IMG/VR virus record: IMGVR_UViG_3300009093_000035 | Coordinates: 62,001-126,000 of that record | DNA length: 64,000 nucleotides | Strand: one strand, 5' to 3' | Shown here: positions 30,116 through 39,156 of the stretch, piece by piece | Numbering within the stretch: the stretch's first letter is position 1 | Layout of the letters: the number at the start of each line of letters is the position of its first letter | The notes under the pieces: generated by a model | Told to the model about the DNA's origin: nothing | The model's input: only the letters and a program-made list of their open reading frames with translations | Databases searched by the model: none | Position numbers and translations under genes: made by a program

Positions 30116-30833
30116 GGTTCTTGTCCTTCTTCTTTCGGGCGTTCCGGAGGGCCGCTCCCGCTTCGTCTACGCTACCGGTCTCGGTGACCGCCTTGTTGGT
30201 CTGAATGTCCTGACTCCCGTCCGGAACAATGTTCGTGGGGATGAACATCTCGTCGGGGGGAGCGTCGAGTGGAGATCGAGAATCACGTTCCGTTGAGACC
30301 GTCACGACTCGATCGAACCGGACCTCCTTCAACGCCTCTTTCACCGCATCGGCTACGGCTGTGGCGATCTCCTCCGTGTTGACCTTCGTAGCCGGTACCA
30401 TCCCCTCGAAAGGCTTCAACTTCTCCGAGAGAACCCGCTCGAAGGACCTCAACTGCTCCCCGAGCTTCTGGACCTCAGTCGAAAGACTCGACACGATCTT
30501 GAGGACGAGCGTCTGATCGGTTGGAACCGGAGCGGGAGCTTCGGGTTGAGGCGGAGGAGGAAGGCCAGGGTGGACCGCCGCACGACTCGCTGCCCTCAGA
30601 TTCGGACTCATCCGAGCGGTTGAGACAGGTAGGGATTCCGGCTTGATGGTGCCCCTCATGATCTTCACCCCCACCACACCCTGAGACTTCAACGACTCCA
30701 GGTCCCTCGACTTCGAGATCGCTGAAAGGGTAGTTCGAAGCCGAGTCCCCTTCGCCATCCGTAGATCGAGGTCCAGGATGTGGGCGGAGTCGCCCAGACA
30801 CACCAGTTCTACTTCTTCGCCGGGGGGGATCAT
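30108..30833 (-). CDS. Hypothetical protein, overlapping the start of the actin-like gene
   Basis: 241-aa ORF overlapping both neighbours; Pro-rich linker and coiled-coil-like segment. Confidence 0.65.
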   Translation of the reverse strand: MIPPGEEVELVCLGDSAHILDLDLRMAKGTRLRTTLSAISKSRDLESLKSQGVVGVKIMRGTIKPESLPVSTARMSPNLRAASRAAVHPGLPPPPQPEAPAPVPTDQTLVLKIVSSLSTEVQKLGEQLRSFERVLSEKLKPFEGMVPATKVNTEEIATAVADAVKEALKEVRFDRVVTVSTERDSRSPLDAPPDEMFIPTNIVPDGSQDIQTNKAVTETGSVDEAGAALRNARKKKDKNHG

Positions 30834-31420
30834 TTCAGGGTTCCTTCCAAGATCCTACTGATCGACCGGTTCAGGAACTGATCCAAGCAATCCTTCTGAG
30901 CCCTCCGAAAGGCCCGCTCTATGAAGGTGTGCTTGGCGATTCCGGGGTGGATCCAGGCCTTGTCGGTAGTGAGAGGAGCGGTACGGATGACCACTTTACC
31001 GTCGTCCCCACGAAGAGGAACCTTGTAGACGCCTTGGGCTTGGGTAAGCCACTTCATCTTGTACGGGCCGTTCGTACCTTCTTGGATGAGTCGGATCCAC
31101 GGCCAGGTACAAACGATGTCAATCGTGTTGTCCTTGATCTGGTAGGAGAAGGACTTGAAGAAGTCGTCGGTGACGGGGACCTGACCGGTCTTCGCTGCGT
31201 CCTTCTTCGCTTCCTGACGGATGTACTTCAGAAGACAGCGCCCGAAGAACTGGAGGTCTTTCTTCGTGAGTACGGCTCCGACCTTCCGTTCGAGAGGGGA
31301 GATGTACCTCTTTCGGATCGGGTCGGTGCTGGCGTAGCGAGAGAACGGGGAAGCCGAGGGACTCGTCCCCCGTACCTTCCCGCTCATCTGTACAGGAGCG
31401 CCGGGAACGATGTTGGCCAT
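30830..31420 (-). CDS. Neck/head-completion-like protein (196 aa)
   Basis: Basic protein ending WIHPGIAKHTFIERAF, reminiscent of HK97 gp10-like / neck proteins; operon context. Confidence 0.45.
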   Translation of the reverse strand: MANIVPGAPVQMSGKVRGTSPSASPFSRYASTDPIRKRYISPLERKVGAVLTKKDLQFFGRCLLKYIRQEAKKDAAKTGQVPVTDDFFKSFSYQIKDNTIDIVCTWPWIRLIQEGTNGPYKMKWLTQAQGVYKVPLRGDDGKVVIRTAPLTTDKAWIHPGIAKHTFIERAFRRAQKDCLDQFLNRSISRILEGTLK

Positions 31421-31423
31421 GGG

Positions 31424-32797
31424 TTAGTAGTTCTGGTTTTCGCCAGTACCCGTACGCCAACGCTGCTGTACCGGACCCGGAACGTTGTCCTTGTTGGTCG
31501 CCTCGGGAAGATCTGCGTCCGGGGTAACCGGCCACGGCGGATCCGTACGAGCGTCGTAGGTCTCGCGGGGCGGGTTGTACGTGTACCGGGTCTGGGGCCA
31601 CGGAAGGTTCGGCGAAGCGATCGTTCCGTCGATCGGGACCTCGTATCGAATGTCCTGAGAGTCGAGGTACTGAATGGTGAAGTGCTGCTGCAGGACGTTA
31701 CCACGATTGGTGGGACGTCGGACCGGCCCGAGCGAGTACCGGTCGTTGTTCTGTTTGATCACGAAGTCGCGCTGGGAAACGATCGGAGTGAAGGTCATGA
31801 ACACGTCGTAGGAGTGTTCTTTCCGCCGTCCGTTCGGTCCCTGAGAGATCTTCCTCTCCGCGTCGTCCGGAGCCATGATGATGTCGTAGGGGCCTTCGAA
31901 GCCTCCCACGAATCCGGTCCCGTAGCAGATCTTGCATCGGCTCGACGGTTGCTTCGAGTAGGCCCGGACGCGCGCATCCAGCTCCAACCTACACTCGCAC
32001 CGACGACCCGCCACCTTCCTCACAAAGAGCTTCACCCGCTCCCCGCCCTCGGTGAGGATCCAGTTGTTCCGGCGAATCGCCTCGCGCCAGATGTAGTCGA
32101 GCTGTTCGATCTGCATGTCCGACGCAGGCATCGTAACATTCAGAGGAGTCTCGACTAGACCTCCTGGAGCGTCATCACTCTCCGCAACCGTAGTGACGCG
32201 GTAGAAAGACTTCTTGTCCACCCCCGGCTGGACGAGGTTCTTCAGGGTGTAGTAGGTCACGAGGACTTCGTCGTCCGGCCCCGTAGGCAACGGGGCGAAG
32301 GCGAAGCGATCGTTCCTGGGGTCGATGTCCCCGGCGTCTCCTAGCGTGATCTCGTTCGAGGGACCGAACACCTCGAAGATACGGGCCGGGACGCCATTGA
32401 TCGTGACGATCACGTCTTCGAGGGAATTGGCCGGGGTCCCTTGGGTCCTCGGCTTGTACATGGGGTAACGAGTCCGTAGCGTCCACCGACGCAGGTTCGG
32501 GGCGTTCCCTCGCGACTGCCATCCCGTATCCCAGGGAATGATCTCCTGGTTCACGAGGGCGACGTCGGTGTAGTCTCGGAAGAAGGTTCCCCCGACCGGA
32601 AACGAGTTCACTCGACGGAAAGGACCGCGGTCGGAGGCGTCCGAACGATAGACGTTCACACCTACGACCGCGTACGAAGAGTTCCCTCCGAGAAGAGAGG
32701 GATCATCCCACCGAATGTCGAAGACACCCTTGTCAAACGGGCTCACCACCATGACGTTCATGGGGGGGAGGGGATACGTGATAGGGTCCCAGACCAT
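31424..32797 (-). CDS. Neck / head-closure protein with N-terminal FN3-like domain
   Basis: ORF 31424..32818 (likely start 32797 after AAGGGA). DIRWDDP ... VGVNVYRS is FN3-like; C-terminal CxC ... CxxCxGTGF-G-GF pattern seen in phage neck proteins. Confidence 0.55.
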   Translation of the reverse strand: MVWDPITYPLPPMNVMVVSPFDKGVFDIRWDDPSLLGGNSSYAVVGVNVYRSDASDRGPFRRVNSFPVGGTFFRDYTDVALVNQEIIPWDTGWQSRGNAPNLRRWTLRTRYPMYKPRTQGTPANSLEDVIVTINGVPARIFEVFGPSNEITLGDAGDIDPRNDRFAFAPLPTGPDDEVLVTYYTLKNLVQPGVDKKSFYRVTTVAESDDAPGGLVETPLNVTMPASDMQIEQLDYIWREAIRRNNWILTEGGERVKLFVRKVAGRRCECRLELDARVRAYSKQPSSRCKICYGTGFVGGFEGPYDIIMAPDDAERKISQGPNGRRKEHSYDVFMTFTPIVSQRDFVIKQNNDRYSLGPVRRPTNRGNVLQQHFTIQYLDSQDIRYEVPIDGTIASPNLPWPQTRYTYNPPRETYDARTDPPWPVTPDADLPEATNKDNVPGPVQQRWRTGTGENQNY

Positions 32798-32825
32798 GGC
32801 TTCCCTTTCGGGAAGCATAGGTTGG

Positions 32826-33161
32826 TTAGTGGGTCGGGGCTGTCTGGAGGTTCTTCGACGGCAGGATCACCACCGTCCCGTCCGGGGTCATCTGCCAGGG
32901 TGTCCCCGGCGCGATCCCGAGACGCGAAGCCGCAGCGTTCATGAGGCCCTGAGCCTTCTCCTGAACGTCGCTGAGAGACGTGAGGAGACCGGCCTTCCGG
33001 ACTTCCATCTGACCGATGGTCTGGACCAGCTCCTGGGCCTGGCGGTGGAGTCGGGTGAGGTTCTCCACCTCTTCCGGAAGAAGCTTCTGAGCTTCTGCGG
33101 CGGCCTTCGTCGTGTCGGCCTTCGTCATGTCTTCGGCGGTATTGGGGTTCTCGTTGCTCAT
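32826..33161 (-). CDS. Small coiled-coil hypothetical protein (~111 aa)
   Basis: MSNENPNTAEDM... start at 33161 within ORF 32826..33452; heptad-like helix. Confidence 0.6.
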   Translation of the reverse strand: MSNENPNTAEDMTKADTTKAAAEAQKLLPEEVENLTRLHRQAQELVQTIGQMEVRKAGLLTSLSDVQEKAQGLMNAAASRLGIAPGTPWQMTPDGTVVILPSKNLQTAPTH

Positions 33162-33201
33162 TCTCGTTCCCTTTCCTAGGAGCGAAACTCTACCGACCAG
33201 A

Positions 33202-34683
33202 TCAGCCGTTCGGAAGGACCGGCAGGCCCTTCTTCGGCTTCGCCGGAACCGGAGGCGAGTAGACCCCGATCTTGAAGTCAGGCATACGGAGCGCCTTCGC
33301 AGAGCCGTACAACTCCGAGCCGCACCGCGCCTTCCCCGGCTCTTCCTTGTTGTCATCCGAACAGGAGAGACAACCCGTCGGCGGGCACTCCTCGACCTCG
33401 GTGAACGGAGCGCCCGGGGTCTTCCGAGTGAACATCGGAACGCGATGCCCATGGCACTGGTCGGCGGTTAGGAACTCCTTCCCGATCGATACGCCGGTCT
33501 TGTTGATAACCTCTCCCGCCTCATTCCGGACCATCTTGTACTCGTAGCACGTCGCGTACGTGAGACCGAGTCGCTTCGCCGCCGCCTGATAGAGACGATG
33601 ACCGACGATCCGATACTCCTCGGCGATCGTCTTCTGGCCCCCGATGTTCTCCGTGAACAGGCTCTCGAAGACCTTCCCGCGCTCGTCCCCGAAGCGAGAC
33701 TGAATACGCTTCACCATCGCCGGAGCCCAAGAGTAACCGGCCTCGACGAACTTCACGATGACGTGGTCGGCCCCGGCCGCCCTCAGCATCTCGAAGATCT
33801 CGATCACACCCGTATGGTCCACGACACCGGGAAGGATCGGATTGACCTGGATGGAGACGTAGATTCCGCGCTTCTTCAGCTCGCGGATGTCGTCCATGTG
33901 CTCTTCGAGAGAAGCCGCCCCCGGAGAGAGCTTCTTCCAATCCTTCGGGTTCGCCGTGTTGATCGACTTCTGGGCGTAGCTGTACGGGTTCTTCTGGAGC
34001 ATATCGATCGCCCAGCCCGGATACCGGAGACGCGAAAGGAAGAAGATCGGAAGACCCGCGTCCACGAACGCCTGAGCGCCATGCTGGGTGTTGTGGTAGT
34101 AGTTCTCCAAGGGGAGGAACGGATCCGTGAAGCTGGAGAAGTAGCCGGCCGCCGAGGTCTGCATCTTCCCCAGGGCCTTCTTAACCTGGTCCCCGTAGCC
34201 CATCGGGACGCTCACGAGCCCGGAGCCTCGGTAGCCCTTGAAACCGGAGTTGATGTAGCAGAAGGCGCAGCCCACCGTACAGAAGCCTCCGTACGGCTGG
34301 GTGAGGATCGCGTCCGTGAAGCACGGACGGTCTCGAACCCCCTTCGGTTCGGTCTTCGCCTTGTACCAACCCTGGAGCGGGCGCATCGCGTCGATACGGA
34401 TGTGTGGGATCGGATCGAGGAAGACCTGAAGGACGTGCTTGTCTTCGTCCTTCGCGCCCCGGACCATCCCGATCCTCATCTTCCGGGACCGTAGGCCAGT
34501 CTCGGGCTCGACCTCGATGTCCCCCGCTACGTCCTTCGGCTCGGGACGCATGAAGAAGTCGTAGGCCTTCCTAGTGCTCTCCGCGACCCCGCCGGTAGCC
34601 AGCGCCACCTCGTCGGCGACCGCCTCTTCAGGGGTCTCTTCGTCGGCGTTGTTCTCATCCAGCCACGTCAGGATCTGGTCCAT
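33202..34683 (-). CDS. Radical SAM enzyme (SPL-like fold), 493 aa
   Basis: QPYGGFCTVGCAFCY (CxxxCxxC), SFTDPF, VQVNPILPG-type motifs; extra C-terminal Cys cluster (QCHG ... ECPPTGCLSC ... RCG). Confidence 0.88.
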   Translation of the reverse strand: MDQILTWLDENNADEETPEEAVADEVALATGGVAESTRKAYDFFMRPEPKDVAGDIEVEPETGLRSRKMRIGMVRGAKDEDKHVLQVFLDPIPHIRIDAMRPLQGWYKAKTEPKGVRDRPCFTDAILTQPYGGFCTVGCAFCYINSGFKGYRGSGLVSVPMGYGDQVKKALGKMQTSAAGYFSSFTDPFLPLENYYHNTQHGAQAFVDAGLPIFFLSRLRYPGWAIDMLQKNPYSYAQKSINTANPKDWKKLSPGAASLEEHMDDIRELKKRGIYVSIQVNPILPGVVDHTGVIEIFEMLRAAGADHVIVKFVEAGYSWAPAMVKRIQSRFGDERGKVFESLFTENIGGQKTIAEEYRIVGHRLYQAAAKRLGLTYATCYEYKMVRNEAGEVINKTGVSIGKEFLTADQCHGHRVPMFTRKTPGAPFTEVEECPPTGCLSCSDDNKEEPGKARCGSELYGSAKALRMPDFKIGVYSPPVPAKPKKGLPVLPNG

Positions 34684-34718
34684 CGAGTTCTCCTAGAGCG
34701 ACACCACGAATAGGGCCT

Positions 34719-35657
34719 TCATTGACCACACAGAAACACACGACCTTCGTCTCGGTAGATGGTCTTATGACCTTGACGTACCCCGGTCCAGTCGTTGAAC
34801 TCCCCCAACCACTCTTTGGGGAAGACTCGCGCTCGCGCTTTCCAGAAGGGGGACGTCTCGACCACATCACTCTGAAACGGAATTCCAGCTTGTCGAGCCG
34901 GAAGATGGGTCATCTGAAGATCGATGTCATGACCACAATAGTAGTGGCCCTTGCACAGAGAGTTGAAGTCGCACAAGGCCGTCTCCAACTGATCGAGCCC
35001 GGAGAAGGCTACCCCGGCCGTCCGAGAATCTTCGAGGAGAGCCCTCTGGAGCGAGAGATTTGTCGCGCACTCTTTCCAGGACTGTCCGGTGAGACGAACC
35101 ATCCCAGGGATCGGACCCGCGGTCTCCGACCCACCTCCGACCCCTAGGTCTGAGGCCGTGATCGGAAAGTCGTGGACGTGAGCGAGTAGGTCTGCGAGCT
35201 TGTACGAGGACCAGGGACCCGCGTGGGGGATCTTCTGGAACCCCTCGCGAAGCGAGTCCCACCCTTCCGGTCCGCCGGCCTTCGTCAGCCCTTCCAACCA
35301 AGAGGAGAGGTTCCCTCCCGAGGCCTCCAGAACCTTCTCCAGATGAGCCAGAGATAGGAGGTTGCCACGGAAACCTCAACGCTCTGTCCCCGTGGAGAGT
35401 CCTTGAACCTTCTCAGGAGACGGCAACGCCGGGTCTGGGTACAAGTCCCAAACCCGGCTCGCCGAGCCCAAAGAGTACCACGTCACGTAGAGGAGCGTCC
35501 GCCAGAGAGACCTCTCTTTGTCGAGGCCTTCGGCTTGGTAGATCTCCTTCAGCAGCGGGTACGTCGGATCGAGATCTCCTGAGGAGAGCTGGCCGTTCGC
35601 GAAGATACAGAAATCCGCGAAGAGCTGCTTCGCCTCAGGAGCTATCGCTTCCGTCAT
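34719..35657 (-). pseudogene. Amino-acid:DNA transferase (ADDT / aGPT-Pplase2 family) interrupted by one in-frame TGA at 35376-35378
   Basis: ORFs 35376..35657 and 34719..35297 share a frame with no other stop between them. Combined they read GDLDPTY ... WRTLLY ... TGTER*GFRG ... GPWSSYKLADLL ... GP ... LETALCDF ... GHYYCGHDID. Confidence 0.8.
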
Positions 35658-35667
35658 CCAGCGTACG

Positions 35668-38136
35668 TTACGCTGCGACGGGAGGCGTGGTCGAGTAGTG
35701 CTCGGACTTCACGTACACGGTGATCACGAGACCATTCGGAAGAACGAAGAACGTCCCCTCTTCCTTCTCGGCCTTCGTGAGCTTCGCGTCCGGGAACTTC
35801 GTCGTGAACTGCTCGGAGGTGTAGGCGATCGCGTCGAGCGAGTCCGGCACGAGACCCGTCGCCCCGACGTAGAACGCGAGGGGACGGATCCGGTCGTAGA
35901 ACGACTCCACGACGCCTTCGATCCCTTCCAGCGCGTCGTGAACCGCCGCGACAGCCTCGTCACGATCCGCCCCGCGGACCGTCTTCATGAAGTCCTTCCC
36001 GTCGAAGTCCGGGATCAGCTTCATGGTCTTCTGGAGGTCGTCCTCCGACCCGAGACCGAGGAAGCCCTCGTAGATCGGGTACGAGATCGTGTCCACGTAG
36101 TTGAGCTGGGTCCGAGCGGAGAGCTTCTTCACCCCGGTCTTCGCACCGCGAGCGATCTGATCGAGAGTCGGCTTCTCCACTTCCTTCCCGAGGAACTCCA
36201 TGGTGAAGCGACGCTGGAGGTACTCGTTCCCGGAACTGAGCTTCGTCACCGCGGTGAGGCTGGGGACACCGACGTCGATCTTGTACGAAAGACGCGTGTC
36301 GACCTTTCCTTCGGCGATCGCCTTCGCGAGGTCCGCGTACTCGGTCGTCATCGGAGGAGTGAAGTTGAGGGCCGGGCTGAGGTAGTGGGTCTTCAGCTCT
36401 GCGACCTGCTCCGTGGTGTACGAAGCCGACTCGCCCTTGAACATCCCTCCGAGGATCTTCGAGAGGACCGTCAGCTTCGCGAGGCCCACGACCTCGTCCG
36501 GCGAGATCGTGTCGAAGGACGTGTCGTACGCGATCAGCGGAAGATCCGAGAAGTCGATCACGAAGGGCTCGTTCGGCTTGTACTCGCCGGTGACGACGCC
36601 GAGATCCTTCAGCTCGCGGAACGTCCGCTTGTCCGAGGTACGGAAGATGAGCTGGTTGACGTTCAGCGACCCGTCCCCCACGAGCGTGTAGTTGTTGAAG
36701 GAACGGAGCTTCGAGAGGTCCACCCCGGAGACCGAGGCGACCTTCGTCGTCCCGCCGACCGGGTAGATGTCGATCTCTTGGGAGACGAGCATGTTGACCG
36801 TCGCGTTGTTGCGATTGATCTCGAACTTGTTGACCGAGACCCACTCCTCGCCCGCGTTGCGGTAACGCTGCTCGTACTTCGGGGGAGTGACCGTCCCGTC
36901 TTCCTCACGTGCTCCCGGGATGCGCTTCACTCCACGGCGCTTGTAGCCCGCGAGGAGCGTCTTCAGGTTGACCGAGAGCGACGAGGAGCCCCGGTCGAGG
37001 ACCGAGAGAACCGCGAGAACCGAAGCCCCGTTCGACGGAAGACCGAAGTCGACCGAACGATCGTACTTCATCCCGCCCGCGAGAACGTCCTCGATCGCCG
37101 CTGCAAACGCCGCGACGTCCGACGAGACGAGAGCCTTCGCGTGCTTCTTCAGGAGGTCGCCGTTCTTCGAGGCCACGACCGCGTACTTCGCGGCGTTGAG
37201 GCGGCCTTCGCTGATCGCGGCGCGGGCGTACGCGAGGATCGCGACGGCCGAATTCGTGTCGAGAGTCTCCGGAGCCTTCAGCTTCTCGTAGGTCTCCTCG
37301 GAGATCTCGAAGTAGCGGAAGGCCACTCGATCGTCCTTCTCGGAGAGACCGCGAACCACGATCCCCTCCGTCGACCCGAGGACCTTCCGAGCCGCGACCG
37401 AGGCGAACGTGACGTAGTCGGCGTCGCCGATCCCCGCCTCCAGGGCCGGAGACATCGAGCCCGCGAGGAGCGCTGTCGCCCCGTAGAGGGCGTCGTAGAC
37501 CTGCTTCACGTTCTTCGCCTGGATGCACGAACCCGAGAGGGCGTTCGAGATCGAGGAGAGGAGGTTGAAGTCGCAGTAGTCGCGGTAGGCGATCGTGTTG
37601 ACGAAGACGTTCGGGTGCTTCTTCAGCGCCGTCGTGACGGCGGCGATCGCCGCGCTCTCTGCCGTCGGGGACCGATCGTTCGCCCATCCGTCCGTGTGAA
37701 GCGAGACGCACGTCGTCTCCTTGTCGTCGATCAGGGTCTCCGCCATCACGAGGCCCTGGGAGATGCAGGTCATCGCCGTCGCCCGAATCGAGCGGATCTC
37801 CTTCAGCTGAGGGCTGTTCGCCTTCATGACGTCCGCGACCGTCGCTCCCTTGAAGTGGAGCTTCACGTCGCCCGAGGACGAGTAGGTGATGAGAGAGACC
37901 TTCAGGGTCGGGTCGTCGAACTCACCGAGGGTCAGGAGCTTCTCGACCATCGACTTCAGATCCGCCAAGTCGTAGGCCATCGAGCCCGACCGGTCGATCA
38001 CGAAGATGTGATGGGCGGGGTTCTTCTTGGCGATCGCGGCCTGAGACGAGAAGTCGTCCCGCTCGACACGGAAGAACGTCAGGGGCTTCCCTGAATAGGA
38101 GCGAAGCGCGAACTTGGTTGTCTCGGATTTGGACAT
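35668..38136 (-). CDS. vWA-domain protein (822 aa)
   Basis: HHIFVIDRSGSM MIDAS motif, AMT and LHTDG downstream; large uncharacterised C-terminal region. Confidence 0.85.
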   Translation of the reverse strand: MSKSETTKFALRSYSGKPLTFFRVERDDFSSQAAIAKKNPAHHIFVIDRSGSMAYDLADLKSMVEKLLTLGEFDDPTLKVSLITYSSSGDVKLHFKGATVADVMKANSPQLKEIRSIRATAMTCISQGLVMAETLIDDKETTCVSLHTDGWANDRSPTAESAAIAAVTTALKKHPNVFVNTIAYRDYCDFNLLSSISNALSGSCIQAKNVKQVYDALYGATALLAGSMSPALEAGIGDADYVTFASVAARKVLGSTEGIVVRGLSEKDDRVAFRYFEISEETYEKLKAPETLDTNSAVAILAYARAAISEGRLNAAKYAVVASKNGDLLKKHAKALVSSDVAAFAAAIEDVLAGGMKYDRSVDFGLPSNGASVLAVLSVLDRGSSSLSVNLKTLLAGYKRRGVKRIPGAREEDGTVTPPKYEQRYRNAGEEWVSVNKFEINRNNATVNMLVSQEIDIYPVGGTTKVASVSGVDLSKLRSFNNYTLVGDGSLNVNQLIFRTSDKRTFRELKDLGVVTGEYKPNEPFVIDFSDLPLIAYDTSFDTISPDEVVGLAKLTVLSKILGGMFKGESASYTTEQVAELKTHYLSPALNFTPPMTTEYADLAKAIAEGKVDTRLSYKIDVGVPSLTAVTKLSSGNEYLQRRFTMEFLGKEVEKPTLDQIARGAKTGVKKLSARTQLNYVDTISYPIYEGFLGLGSEDDLQKTMKLIPDFDGKDFMKTVRGADRDEAVAAVHDALEGIEGVVESFYDRIRPLAFYVGATGLVPDSLDAIAYTSEQFTTKFPDAKLTKAEKEEGTFFVLPNGLVITVYVKSEHYSTTPPVAA

Positions 38137-38199
38137 GAGGAAGAGATCTCCTGGTGAGAGATCTCTTTACGCCTCAACCAACTTGGTAGCCCACCCGAT

Positions 38200-38679
38200 T
38201 CAGCGAGACTTCTTCTTCAAGTAGTCGGAAGCGCCCTTTGCCGTGAGCTTCGCGTTCTCCGCTACTTCCTTCGCGGCCTCCTGAATCAAGTTCTCGATAT
38301 CCGAGACCTTCTCGTCGGCGTCCAACAAGGTGTCGACGACCTCTTGAGCCTTCTTCGAGTTCATGTCCGCGAGAGCTTCCATCATGTCGCCATACAGCTC
38401 ATCGAGTTCCCCCTGGCCGACCTCGGCGGTCTTCCCAAGAAGCGGAAGGATCTCCGAACGGATCTCCGGCTTCTCGTGAGCGAGACGAATCAGGGATCGG
38501 CGAAGAGAGGAATGCTTGTTCACTTGGATAGCCCGTTCTTGGTTCTCGGCTTTGTCTTTGGAGGGATGGCGTCCCAACAGCCGGTCCCCGTCGCTCGTGT
38601 AGAGACACCACTTCTGCTCGTCGGCGGGACGGTCGTCCTGATCGGAGGGACGACACTCATGGATGACCGCCTTCTTCAT
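38200..38679 (-). CDS. IRLAH-tag protein (internal tag), 159 aa
   Basis: Small N-domain KWCLYTSDGDRLLGRH..., then LRRSLIRLAHEKPEIRSEILPLLGKTA, then an acidic helix. Confidence 0.8.
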   Translation of the reverse strand: MKKAVIHECRPSDQDDRPADEQKWCLYTSDGDRLLGRHPSKDKAENQERAIQVNKHSSLRRSLIRLAHEKPEIRSEILPLLGKTAEVGQGELDELYGDMMEALADMNSKKAQEVVDTLLDADEKVSDIENLIQEAAKEVAENAKLTAKGASDYLKKKSR

Positions 38680-38682
38680 CGC

Positions 38683-39123
38683 TCAGTCGATGAAGCCGTA
38701 GTCCCGGCCGCGACCGGAATCGTTGGACCAACCCCACCGACCCTCTTCCGGGTCGAAGCCGACGCGACCGATCGACTTGCCGTTCGTGCCGCCGTTCGGA
38801 TGGACGTAGTCCCAAGAAAGAGACCCGCCGAGGCCGCCCTGGGCGTCCGACCACCACTCGATCGAGATCGAGATCTCCGAGAAGAGAGACGAGAAGCCCT
38901 TCGGCACCTCGACCTTGACTGAGTTCTCGTTGAGGTTCGACCACTTCACCGGAGCGTCGATCTTCTTGAGAAGAACGTTGATCGCTTCGAGGGCCTTCTT
39001 CTTCGCCTCGTCGTCGAGCTGAGGAAGCCGACCGGCCTTCTTCTCCAGAAGGGGAAGGATCTCCGAGCGGATCTCGGGGTTCGCGTGGGCGAGACGAATC
39101 AGGGAACGACGGAGGGATGCCAT
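38683..39123 (-). CDS. IRLAH-tag protein, 146 aa
   Basis: MASLRRSLIRLAHANPEIRSEILPLLEKKAG. Confidence 0.8.
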   Translation of the reverse strand: MASLRRSLIRLAHANPEIRSEILPLLEKKAGRLPQLDDEAKKKALEAINVLLKKIDAPVKWSNLNENSVKVEVPKGFSSLFSEISISIEWWSDAQGGLGGSLSWDYVHPNGGTNGKSIGRVGFDPEEGRWGWSNDSGRGRDYGFID

Positions 39124-39156
39124 GCCTCCGCCGTTTCAAAGAGAATCCACCGAGGG

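Noticed and set aside
473-33161. Interpretation as an extracellular contractile injection system (eCIS/tailocin) rather than a phage
   Set aside because: Neck/head-adaptor-like genes, HU, DNA-modification and RNA-repair genes and many small phage-type ORFs fit a phage genome. No eCIS-typical AAA+ gene was seen. The capsid and portal are presumably outside the window.
34719-35657. Genome-wide TGA reassignment
   Set aside because: TGA terminates many well-supported genes, often in ATGA/GTGA overlaps; only one internal TGA was found.
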